A stretch of DNA of 29,954 bases from an uncultured Peptococcaceae bacterium (lineage in GTDB: Bacteria > Bacillota > Peptococcia > DRI-13 > DTU073). A program made the translations under genes and the position numbers. The DNA is taken from positions 1 to 29,954 of the forward strand of contig CAZVLC010000001.1 in assembly GCA_964627885.1 (NCBI GenBank). Reading direction: 5' to 3'. Under the pieces are notes generated by a model. It was not told the DNA's origin, did not search any database, and worked only from the letters and a program-made list of their open reading frames with translations. Below are positions 1 through 9,521 of the stretch, one piece after another (within the stretch, counting starts at the first letter, position 1; each line of letters opens with the position of its first letter).

Positions 1-1
1 A

Positions 2-316
2 CAGGTGGCCTTGGTGGATGGTGAAGTTACCGGTTATGAAGGCACGCCATATTATATGTTTCACCGGACGAGGGATTTACCGACCCCGAAATTAAGCGAT
101 AGTCAGATTCGGGCGATGGTTAGTCCGAGACTGAAGGTAGATATTGTTCGACCGGCTTTAATCGTTAATACCTGGGGGAAGGAAATCCTGACCTGGGAAG
201 TACGCGGTTCATTTTATGAGGAACGATTTGCGATTTTTTATGAGGCTGATTCCGGGATTGAGGAGAATATCACCAGGATAACCGCTGCCCCGCAATATAC
301 CTTTGCGGTAGATTAG
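2..316 (+). CDS. ypeB: Spore germination protein YpeB, C-terminal PepSY-type part (5' truncated by window edge)
   Basis: The frame is open from position 2: QVALVDGEVTGYEGTPYYMFHRTRDLPTPKLS...VSPRLKV...ALI...GKEILTWEVRG...FAIFYEADSGIEENI. This matches the YpeB C-terminal pattern (VALDxGE..G; PKLS; GxEVLxYE; xxAxTGxEE) as I recall it. Confidence 0.75.
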   Translation, partial: QVALVDGEVTGYEGTPYYMFHRTRDLPTPKLSDSQIRAMVSPRLKVDIVRPALIVNTWGKEILTWEVRGSFYEERFAIFYEADSGIEENITRITAAPQYTFAVD

Positions 317-340
317 GAAGTAGATTAAGGGTAGATTAAG
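308..340 (+). repeat. Three short direct repeats GTAGATTA(G/AG)
   Basis: GTAGATTAG 308-316 (contains the ypeB stop), GTAGATTAAG 320-329, GTAGATTAAG 331-340. Confidence 0.8.
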
Positions 341-346
341 TGAGCA

Positions 347-376
347 TTGACATTCACCGGGGAAGAAACATATAAT
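347..376 (+). promoter_or_regulatory. sigmaA promoter of argS
   Basis: TTGACA (347-352), 18-bp spacer, TATAAT (371-376); both hexamers are perfect. Confidence 0.8.
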
Positions 377-400
377 TGTGATGATTAGTTTGACGGGGAG

Positions 401-2089
401 ATGAGCAATTTAATGAGCAGTATTGTCGAATCCAAAAAGGAACAAGTGTATCTTCAAATAGAAAAAGCTTTAGAACTGGCCAGGGCTAATGGACAGTTGA
501 CTTTTGCCGAAATTCCGGCTTTTACCGTGGAAACACCGCGTGAAAAGTCATTCGGTGATTTTGCATCTAATGTAGCCATGCTCTTAAGTAAAGAAGCGAA
601 AATGGCTCCGCGCAAAATTGCCGAACTCCTTTTAGCCCATTTAGAGAATGCGGACGATTTGTTTGAAAAGGTTGAAATAGCCGGGCCGGGTTTCATTAAT
701 TTTTATTTAGGCACAAATTGGCTTTATCAGATAGTGCCACAAGTTCTGCGGGAAGCGGATAATTATGGCAAGTCGACTTTTGGGCAAGGACAGAAAATAC
801 AGCTGGAGTTTGTCAGTGCCAATCCGACCGGACTTTTACATATGGGTAATGCCCGTGGGGCTGCGTTAGGAGACACCTTAAGTAATATTCTGAAGGCTGC
901 CGGCTATGAGGTGGCAAAGGAATTTTATATTAACGACGCGGGGAATCAGATTGAAAATTTTGGGAAATCGTTAGAGGCTCGTTATTTCCAGTTACTCGGG
1001 GAAAAAGTCGCTTTTCCTGAGGAAGGTTATCATGGGCAGGATATTATTGATAGTGTTAAGAAGATTATCGCCGAAGTCGGTGATCAGTATTTGCAGGTTG
1101 ATAGCTCGCTCCGTAGGGAATTTCTCATTCAAAAGGCCTTGGCGGAGAAGCTTGCGAATATCAAAAAAGATTTGGCCGATTTTGGGGTCGAGTATGATGT
1201 CTGGTTTAGTGAGCAGACGCTGCATGATAGCGGGGCCATTACAAAGGCAATTCAGGAATTACAGGAAAAGGGTTATCTCTATGAAAAAGAAGGAGCTCTT
1301 TGGTTAAAGACGACTGAGTTCGGTGACGAGAAGGACGAAGTGTTGGTACGCTCGAATGGTGTGCCTACCTATTTTGCCGCCGATATTGCTTATCATCGCA
1401 ATAAGTTCGAAAGAGGCTTTGAGAAGGTCATTAACATCTGGGGGGCCGACCATCATGGCCATGTGGCCAGAATGAAGGGGGCGATGCAAGCCATTGGCTA
1501 TGACCCGGATGCTTTGCAGGTTATTTTGATGCAGTTGGTCCGCTTATTTCGAAATGGAGAAATTGTCCGGATGTCCAAAAGAAGCGGTCAATATATTACC
1601 CTTTCCGAACTGGTTGATGAAGTCGGCAAGGATGCCGCTCGCTTCTTTTTCGTGATGCGCAGTGCGGATAGCCATTTGGATTTTGATCTCGATTTAGCAA
1701 AAGCGGAATCCTCGGAAAATCCTGTTTATTATGTGCAATATGCACATGCCCGGGTTTGCAGTATCTTAAAAGCGAGCATTGATGAACTGCCGGATTACAC
1801 CATGGTAGATTTTTCTTTGCTGAAGGAAGAAGCGGAAATAGCTTTAATGCGGAAGATCGCCGATTTGCCTGATGAGATTATCACAGCCGCAGTGAATTAT
1901 GAGCCGCATCGCCTTACCTATTATGTCCATGAATTAGCCTCGCTTTTTCACAGCTTTTATAATAGCTGCCGTGTACTAATCGACGACACGGAACTACGCA
2001 AGGCCAGGATGCTTTTAATTGAAGCAACACGCATTACCTTGCGGAACGTTTTTCAATTGTTGGGGGTTAGCGCACCGGAAAGAATGTAA
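401..2089 (+). CDS. argS: Arginyl-tRNA synthetase
   Basis: FGDFASNVAM, GPGFINF, EFVSANPTGLLHMGNARG (HIGH equivalent), MSKRSG (KMSKS equivalent), YVQYAHAR and C-terminal APERM. The start could be ATG 413. Confidence 0.98.
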   Translation: MSNLMSSIVESKKEQVYLQIEKALELARANGQLTFAEIPAFTVETPREKSFGDFASNVAMLLSKEAKMAPRKIAELLLAHLENADDLFEKVEIAGPGFINFYLGTNWLYQIVPQVLREADNYGKSTFGQGQKIQLEFVSANPTGLLHMGNARGAALGDTLSNILKAAGYEVAKEFYINDAGNQIENFGKSLEARYFQLLGEKVAFPEEGYHGQDIIDSVKKIIAEVGDQYLQVDSSLRREFLIQKALAEKLANIKKDLADFGVEYDVWFSEQTLHDSGAITKAIQELQEKGYLYEKEGALWLKTTEFGDEKDEVLVRSNGVPTYFAADIAYHRNKFERGFEKVINIWGADHHGHVARMKGAMQAIGYDPDALQVILMQLVRLFRNGEIVRMSKRSGQYITLSELVDEVGKDAARFFFVMRSADSHLDFDLDLAKAESSENPVYYVQYAHARVCSILKASIDELPDYTMVDFSLLKEEAEIALMRKIADLPDEIITAAVNYEPHRLTYYVHELASLFHSFYNSCRVLIDDTELRKARMLLIEATRITLRNVFQLLGVSAPERM

Positions 2090-2187
2090 GACAAAAAAAT
2101 TTTATGAATTTTTGTCTGATGAGCAGGAAAATGTACACATTAATGAGAATAATGGATTGTTTAGAATATTAAGAGGGGTGTTTGCTG

Positions 2188-2580
2188 ATGGAAGAATTGG
2201 AAAGTCTCAATCCCAGTTTATCTGAAGTGGACATTATTTATCAGGTGCTGAGTACTTCTGCCGAGCATCAGGGTAAAGCTTTGAAGGATTTACTACAGGT
2301 AGTTTTTCGTGTTAAAGGATGGTCTTTAGACGATCATCAAAAAATGGCGGCGATTCATACCCAACTTATTTTAGACAATCGCTTTGTTAATTTAGGCAAA
2401 GGACTTTGGGGATTAAAGGAATGGACTCAGGCCAAAGTGGTTCGGCGCAATCTTTCTTATGGTTCCCGGAGTATTCCCTACCATCGTCGTTCTTTACTGG
2501 ATGAGATTGAGGGCGAAGAGAAGGAATCTACTGAAAAGTACGATAGTGGAGAGGAAGAAGAGGGCTGGGAAGAAGAATAG
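2188..2580 (+). CDS. rpoE: RNA polymerase delta subunit (HARE-HTH plus acidic tail)
   Basis: SEVDIIYQVL...HTQLILDNRFVNLGKGLWGLKEW, an acidic C-terminus and the position upstream of pyrG. ATG 2188 has RBS GAGGGG at a 9-nt spacing (the ORF track starts at TTG 2182). Confidence 0.85.
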   Translation: MEELESLNPSLSEVDIIYQVLSTSAEHQGKALKDLLQVVFRVKGWSLDDHQKMAAIHTQLILDNRFVNLGKGLWGLKEWTQAKVVRRNLSYGSRSIPYHRRSLLDEIEGEEKESTEKYDSGEEEEGWEEE

Positions 2581-4320
<1,740 letters not shown>

Positions 4321-4337
4321 TTTAGTGAGAAATGCTT

Positions 4338-4370
4338 AGAGGTGCAGCGGGTGCTGTGCCTTTTCCCTTT
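4338..4370 (+). terminator. Probable intrinsic terminator after pyrG
   Basis: GGTGCAGC-gggt-GCTGTGCC stem (two G.U pairs) followed by TTTTCCCTTT. Confidence 0.55.
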
Positions 4371-4392
4371 CAGGCAGTAAAAGGAGGAATGT

Positions 4393-5535
4393 ATGTTAAA
4401 GTCAAGATTACTTTCGGCGAAAGAAAAGGATTATTTTAATAATTTTCTCCTGAGAGCCCCTAAAGGGCATGTTTTACAGTCATGGGAGTGGGGTGAGCTA
4501 AAAGGAAAAGGAGAATGGCAACCATACAGACTAATTGTGGAAAGAGAAGATGAGCAAAATCCTGCAAAAAAAGAGCCCGTAGCGGCGATCAGTATTTTGG
4601 CGCGCCGTATTCCGGTGCTGGGGAAACTGATCTTTTATGCGCCGAGGGGGCCGGTAGGGGATGTTCATGATGTCGAACTGATGGATTTTTTATTCGCCGA
4701 AGTGAAAAAGTTAGCACGGGAAAGAGGGGCTGTTTTTTTAAAACTTGATCCGGATATCTCCGCCGAAGATCAGGATTTTGCGGAATATTTACAGACCAGA
4801 GGCTTTAAGTCTGCCGGAAAAGGAGAAGGTTTTGAGGGGATTCAGCCAAAATTTGTGTTTCGCTTGGATTTGGCTCCGGATGTAGAAAAACTGTTTCAGA
4901 ATTTTCACCAGAAGACCCGTTATAACATTCGCTTAGCAAGCAAAAAAGGGGTTACGGTTCGGCAAAGCTGCGAGAAAGAGGATTTACCGGCCTTTTACGA
5001 TATTTTAAAAGAAACAACGGAACGGGATAAGTTTCTGGTGCGGTCTTACCGCTATTTTGAAGAGATGTGGGATTTATTGGCTCCTTCCGGATTCTTGAAA
5101 CTTTTTATGGCCGAATATGAGAATAGGCCAATCGCCGGAACCCTAGCTTTCCTTTTTGGTGATAAAGCCTGGTATATTTATGGGGCTTCTTCAAACGCGG
5201 ACCGTCACGTTATGCCCAACTATTTATTGCAGTGGACGATGATTGAATGGGCGAAGGAGAAAGGGTGTAGCTTTTACGATTTCCGTGGCGTTTCGGGAAA
5301 CTTAGCGGAAGACAATCCGCTATACGGTCTGTATCGTTTTAAAAAAGGATTTAATGGGATATTTACCGAATTCATCGGGGAATATGATTTAGTATTTTTA
5401 CCGTTTTATTATCGCCTTTGGAATACTCTAGAGCCGATTTACCAAAAAAACATTCGACGGCTCATCGCTTTAAAAAAGGTGCTGAAGGGTCAGGGGGGAG
5501 CACGTAATGACTCTGGAAAACAGCCTGCCGATTGA
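4393..5535 (+). CDS. FemABX-family aminoacyl-tRNA-dependent peptidoglycan bridge transferase (FemX-like, no coiled-coil arm)
   Basis: HVLQSWEWG, YAPRGPV, KTRYNIRLA.KKGV, WYIYGAS, PNYLLQW.MI..A...G...YDFRGV, GLYRFKKGF, EFIGEYD. Confidence 0.92.
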   Translation: MLKSRLLSAKEKDYFNNFLLRAPKGHVLQSWEWGELKGKGEWQPYRLIVEREDEQNPAKKEPVAAISILARRIPVLGKLIFYAPRGPVGDVHDVELMDFLFAEVKKLARERGAVFLKLDPDISAEDQDFAEYLQTRGFKSAGKGEGFEGIQPKFVFRLDLAPDVEKLFQNFHQKTRYNIRLASKKGVTVRQSCEKEDLPAFYDILKETTERDKFLVRSYRYFEEMWDLLAPSGFLKLFMAEYENRPIAGTLAFLFGDKAWYIYGASSNADRHVMPNYLLQWTMIEWAKEKGCSFYDFRGVSGNLAEDNPLYGLYRFKKGFNGIFTEFIGEYDLVFLPFYYRLWNTLEPIYQKNIRRLIALKKVLKGQGGARNDSGKQPAD

Positions 5536-6697
5536 GGCAAGGTGGATCGAAGTCGACCTTGATGCGTTGGAAAACAACTATCGGGAAATTCGGCAAAAAC
5601 TTGCGCCCGCAGTAAAGATGCTTGGGGTGGTAAAAGCAGATGCCTATGGGCATGGAGCGGTAGAAGTCAGTCGAAAACTGGCGGCATTAGGGGTAGATAT
5701 GTTGGGAGTAACCACGCCGGAGGAAGGCCGGGCTTTGAGAGAGGAACAGGTTTCCGTACCGATTCTCGTTTTCGGGGCTTTTTTACCGGAGGAAGCTGCT
5801 CACTATGCTCGTTATGACTTAACGGCTACGGTAGCCAGTCCCAAGGCAGTAGACTGGTTAAAACAGGCGGCCGAAGAGTACGATTGCCGGATTAAAGTGC
5901 ATCTTAAAGTAGAAACCGGCATGGGGCGTTTCGGACTTTGGCCACAGGAGGTTGTCGCTGTTGCCCGGGAAATTTCCGCAACGCCGGGGTTATTCTTAGA
6001 AGGGGTTTATTCGCATCTGGCTGCTGCGATGTGGCAGGATAAAAGCTATAGCCGGAAACAATTCCAAATCTTTGCAAAAGCCTGCACCGAGTTGGAAGAA
6101 GCCGGTTGTAAAGGCTTAATAAAGCACATCGCTAATAGTGCGGCAGTTTTAGAACTGCCGGAGATGCATTTGGATATGGTGCGCGTAGGGACTTTGCTCT
6201 ATGGACAAGCACCGGCTCCGTGGATGGAAAAATTAATCAACTTAAAGGAGTCTTGGAGTTTAAAAGCGAAAGTAATTTATATCAAAAATTTGCCGGCTGG
6301 TCATACGGCAGGTTATGGTAGGGTCTTTAAGGCAAAAAGACCCACTACGCTGGCGATTTTGCCGGTGGGTTTTGTTGATGGGATACAGATGGAACCTGTT
6401 TTAAAACCGGCAAGCCTGTTTGATTTATTTAAAGGGATGGCGAAACTGTTATTAAGGTATTTCGGATATCAAAAAATAGGGGATCCGATCAGGTTCCCGC
6501 AGGGGATAGGCCGGATTGTCGGGAAAGTGGGCATGCAACTAATCATGGTAGATATTTCGGGGGTAGAAGGAGTTGCCGTCGGGACCATCGCGCGAATTCC
6601 GGCCAGGCGAACAGCAGTGAATCCTTGCATACCAAAAGTTTTCTTTGAAAGAGGGCAAATGATGGACAAAACAGAAAGAAGAAAAATGGGGGTATGA
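5507..6697 (+). CDS. alr: PLP-dependent amino-acid racemase, alanine racemase family, atypical
   Basis: VVKADAYGHG (PLP Lys), KVETGMGRFG, YSHLA, HIANSAA, DMVRVG, AGYG (catalytic Tyr). GRxCMD is replaced by GKVGMQ and there is a ~25-aa insertion. Overlaps the fem gene by 29 nt. Substrate uncertain. Confidence 0.85.
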   Translation: MTLENSLPIEARWIEVDLDALENNYREIRQKLAPAVKMLGVVKADAYGHGAVEVSRKLAALGVDMLGVTTPEEGRALREEQVSVPILVFGAFLPEEAAHYARYDLTATVASPKAVDWLKQAAEEYDCRIKVHLKVETGMGRFGLWPQEVVAVAREISATPGLFLEGVYSHLAAAMWQDKSYSRKQFQIFAKACTELEEAGCKGLIKHIANSAAVLELPEMHLDMVRVGTLLYGQAPAPWMEKLINLKESWSLKAKVIYIKNLPAGHTAGYGRVFKAKRPTTLAILPVGFVDGIQMEPVLKPASLFDLFKGMAKLLLRYFGYQKIGDPIRFPQGIGRIVGKVGMQLIMVDISGVEGVAVGTIARIPARRTAVNPCIPKVFFERGQMMDKTERRKMGV

Positions 6698-6728
6698 TAA
6701 GAATAAAAAGATGAGAAAGGGATTGAGA

Positions 6729-7076
6729 ATGGAGAATACTAAGGCGAAAATTATCGTAGTTGATGATCAGGAAGCAATTCGACAATTGCTGGTGGAAACA
6801 TGTACCTTACTAGGGTATGAGGTAAAGACGGCAGCAACCGGTGATGAGGCCTGTCGGCTGGTCAGCCAGGAAACATTTGATGTTGCTTTAGTGGATTTGA
6901 AAATGAACGGGATGAATGGTTTTGAAACGATGAGACGATTGCGGGAAGAAAAGGCAGACCTCAAAGGGATTTTTATGACTGGGTATGAAGAGTCTGAATT
7001 AGAACACGCCGTGCTAAGGAAACCGTTTGGGTTGCAGGAAATTGAAGCGGTATTGGAAAAAGTTCTCTCCAATTAG
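6729..7076 (+). CDS. spo0F: Single-domain response regulator, Spo0F-like
   Basis: VVDDQEAIRQLL (cf. DDQxGIRxLL), phosphoacceptor LVDLKM, MTGY and KPF, with no output domain. It lies between pyrG and fba-tal, the syntenic slot of spo0F. The start is probably ATG 6729. Confidence 0.6.
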   Translation: MENTKAKIIVVDDQEAIRQLLVETCTLLGYEVKTAATGDEACRLVSQETFDVALVDLKMNGMNGFETMRRLREEKADLKGIFMTGYEESELEHAVLRKPFGLQEIEAVLEKVLSN

Positions 7077-7088
7077 TGCAAAAAAAGG

Positions 7089-7115
7089 GCAGGATTTTTC
7101 GGGAAAATGAAGAAT
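7089..7115 (+). promoter_or_regulatory. sigmaH-type promoter
   Basis: GCAGGATTT (7089-7097), 11 bp, GAAGAAT (7109-7115), with an upstream A-tract. Fits RNAGGAWWW-N11/12-RNNGAAT. Confidence 0.7.
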
Positions 7116-7151
7116 AGTTTTAGCATAACCATAGGAAAGCAGGGAGAGAAA

Positions 7152-7820
7152 GTGCTTGTTACGACTAATACCGTTCTGACTTTGCATTGTGCTAAATGCG
7201 GAAAGATAAATTTATTTGCGTTGTCCCGTTTTCGTTGCGGGAAAAGGGGTAATGTGCATTTTAGTTGTGAGTGCGGAAGCAGCCTGCTGGAGATATCCAG
7301 GAAGGCGCGCAATATCTATTGCCTTCGTGTGGTATGCTGTATTTGTCAAACGGATCATTGTTTAAATCTGCCCGGGAGGGAGATTTGGCATCAAGGAGTT
7401 CAGTCGCTTCTTTGTGAGAATACCGGATTAATACTTGGCTATACCGGGAGTAAAGAGGAAGTTAGGAAAGCAATTAATAAGGAGGCCGACGTTTTTCGGG
7501 AAATAACGGCACAATTAGAGGACAAGGATTTTTATATCAATCCGCCGATTATGTTGCAGGTTTTGGATACTCTGCGCCGGTTATCTGAAAGTGAGCAGAT
7601 TAAATGTAGTTGTGGGCAGAGTAACTTGGAGATGGAAACATATCCGGACCGGGTCGAAATTAGGTGCACCGATTGTCAGGCTGTAGAAATCATCTTTGCT
7701 GAATCAGTCCGTGATTTGCAGAAAATAAATAAACTCGAAGCAATTCAACTGGAAGCCGAATCGCGAAAATGCTTAGGCCATAGCGGTTTAAAAGGAAGAG
7801 GTAAGGCTAAAAACAAGTAA
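7152..7820 (+). CDS. Cys-rich hypothetical protein, probable multi-zinc-ribbon
   Basis: 16 Cys arranged as CxxC, CxC, CxxC-x3-H, C, CxC, CxxC. GTG 7152 has RBS GGGAGA; the ORF-track ATG 7107 lies inside the sigmaH promoter. Confidence 0.8.
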   Translation: MLVTTNTVLTLHCAKCGKINLFALSRFRCGKRGNVHFSCECGSSLLEISRKARNIYCLRVVCCICQTDHCLNLPGREIWHQGVQSLLCENTGLILGYTGSKEEVRKAINKEADVFREITAQLEDKDFYINPPIMLQVLDTLRRLSESEQIKCSCGQSNLEMETYPDRVEIRCTDCQAVEIIFAESVRDLQKINKLEAIQLEAESRKCLGHSGLKGRGKAKNK

Positions 7821-7910
7821 TGGTTAAAAACCAGTACTAATGCATAGAATTAATTTATGATAAAATAAATACTGTAGTACAAATTAAACAGATGATTGGA
7901 GGCTGGGAGG

Positions 7911-8765
7911 ATGCCATTAGTAACAGGAAAAGAGTTATTGGAACAAGCGGGAAAAGGTAATTATGCGGTGGGCGCATTTAACTGCAATAACATGGAAATT
8001 ATCCAGGCGATTATTGCCGCGGCAGAGGCAGAAAAATCACCGGTTATTATTCAGGCAAGTCAAGGTGCGATCAAATATGCTGGACTTGATTATATTGTCT
8101 CCTTGGTACATACCGGAGCGAAGAAGGCGAAGGTGCCGGTCTGTTTACATCTTGACCATGGTACCGATTTTCAGCAAGTGGTGCGGTGTATTGCCCAAGG
8201 TTTTTCTTCCGTTATGTTTGACGGATCAAAACTGACTTTAGAGGAGAATATTGCCGTTACCAAAAGAATTGTGGAAATTGCCAAGGCGGTAGGTGTTTCG
8301 ACTGAGGCTGAATTAGGCAAGATTGGCGGGACAGAGGATGACATCAGCGTTTTGGCTAAAGACGCGATGTTAACGGATCCCGCAGACGTGAAGTATTTTG
8401 CTGAGCAAACAGGGGTTGATTCTCTGGCTGTAGCGATCGGTACGGCGCATGGCCAATACAAAGCTGAGCCCAAATTAGACTTTGAGCGCTTGGCCCAAAT
8501 ACAGAGACTTGTTAATATCCCGATAGTAATGCACGGCTCTTCCGGTGTGCCTGACAAAGATGTCCAAAAGGCGATTTCGCTTGGTGTGCGTAAAGTAAAC
8601 ATTGACACGAATATTCGGGAAGCCTTTGTAAAAGGCGTAAAAGAGGTAATTGTGAAGAATCCTCAAGAAATTGACCCCCGGAAAATTTTAGGGCCCGCCA
8701 AGGAAGCAATGACCGAGATAGTACGAGAAAAGATGCGAGTTTTTGGCAGTAGCGGAAAAGCATAA
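7911..8765 (+). CDS. fba: Fructose-1,6-bisphosphate aldolase class II
   Basis: MPLV, AVGAFN, HLDHG, SSVMFDGS, EAELG, GTAHG, MHGSSG, VNIDT. RBS GGGAGG sits directly before ATG 7911. Confidence 0.97.
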   Translation: MPLVTGKELLEQAGKGNYAVGAFNCNNMEIIQAIIAAAEAEKSPVIIQASQGAIKYAGLDYIVSLVHTGAKKAKVPVCLHLDHGTDFQQVVRCIAQGFSSVMFDGSKLTLEENIAVTKRIVEIAKAVGVSTEAELGKIGGTEDDISVLAKDAMLTDPADVKYFAEQTGVDSLAVAIGTAHGQYKAEPKLDFERLAQIQRLVNIPIVMHGSSGVPDKDVQKAISLGVRKVNIDTNIREAFVKGVKEVIVKNPQEIDPRKILGPAKEAMTEIVREKMRVFGSSGKA

Positions 8766-8769
8766 AGAT

Positions 8770-8810
8770 CCCGGAGGCCGGGTTTGGGTACAGGAAGCCT
8801 ACCTGTACCC
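8770..8810 (+). terminator. Tandem hairpins between fba and tal (terminator or mRNA stabiliser)
   Basis: CCCGG-agg-CCGGG (8770-8782), then a perfect 9-bp stem GGGTACAGG-7 nt-CCTGTACCC (8786-8810). The U-tract is weak (GTTTAAATTT). Confidence 0.5.
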
Positions 8811-8837
8811 GTTTAAATTTGTGTGAGGTGATGTTTT

Positions 8838-9485
8838 GTGGAATTTTTTTTAGACACGGCAAATCTTACAGAAATTAAAGAAGCTGCGCAGTACGGAGTA
8901 ATTACGGGAATAACCACTAATCCTTCCCTAGTCGCTCAGGAAAAAGGGCGTGATTTCCGCGAAATTTTGCAGGAAATTACTCAATTAATCCCCGGGCCGG
9001 TCAGTGCGGAGGTTTTAGCAACCACTGCGGCGGAGATGTTGGAAGAGGCGCGGCAGCTAGCCGCAATCAAAGAAAATATTGTGGTCAAAATTCCCATGAC
9101 CAGTGAGGGCATCAAATGTGCATCTTTATTAGCTAAAGAGGGTATTAAGACAAATGTAACTTTGGTTTTTTCACTTAACCAGGCTTTATTGGCGGCCAGG
9201 GCGGGAGCAACTTTCGTGAGCCCATTTGTAGGAAGACTCGATGACGTGGGGTATCAAGGAATTTCATTGGTCGGAGACATTGTAGAGACGTTTCGACGGT
9301 ATAATCTGTCTACACGGGTTATCGCGGCCAGCATTCGTCATCCCTTTCACGTTATGGAAGCAGCCAGGGTGGGTTCGCAGATCGCGACAATTCCTTATAA
9401 AGTATTCAAACAACTATTTGAGCATCCGCTAACCAACTTGGGTGTCGAAAAGTTTCAAAGGGATTGGGAGGCCAAGTTTAAATAA
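8838..9485 (+). CDS. tal: Transaldolase (small TalC/FSA family)
   Basis: FLDTAN, TTNPS, VVKIP (Schiff-base Lys). SAEV (Glu) and SPFVGR (Phe) indicate transaldolase rather than fructose-6-phosphate aldolase. Confidence 0.92.
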   Translation: MEFFLDTANLTEIKEAAQYGVITGITTNPSLVAQEKGRDFREILQEITQLIPGPVSAEVLATTAAEMLEEARQLAAIKENIVVKIPMTSEGIKCASLLAKEGIKTNVTLVFSLNQALLAARAGATFVSPFVGRLDDVGYQGISLVGDIVETFRRYNLSTRVIAASIRHPFHVMEAARVGSQIATIPYKVFKQLFEHPLTNLGVEKFQRDWEAKFK

Positions 9486-9521
9486 AAGAGAATAGGTGAG
9501 AGATAAGAGGAGGAAAAGGGA

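Noticed and set aside
2089-2117. AT-rich inverted repeat after argS as a terminator
   Set aside because: The stem is nearly all A-T and no U-tract follows it, so it is too weak to call.
6778-6784. Perfect Spo0A boxes (TGTCGAA/TTCGACA) at 424, 6778, 9443, 10635 and 22400
   Set aside because: All are inside coding regions. About four matches of a 7-mer are expected by chance on both strands of 30 kb.
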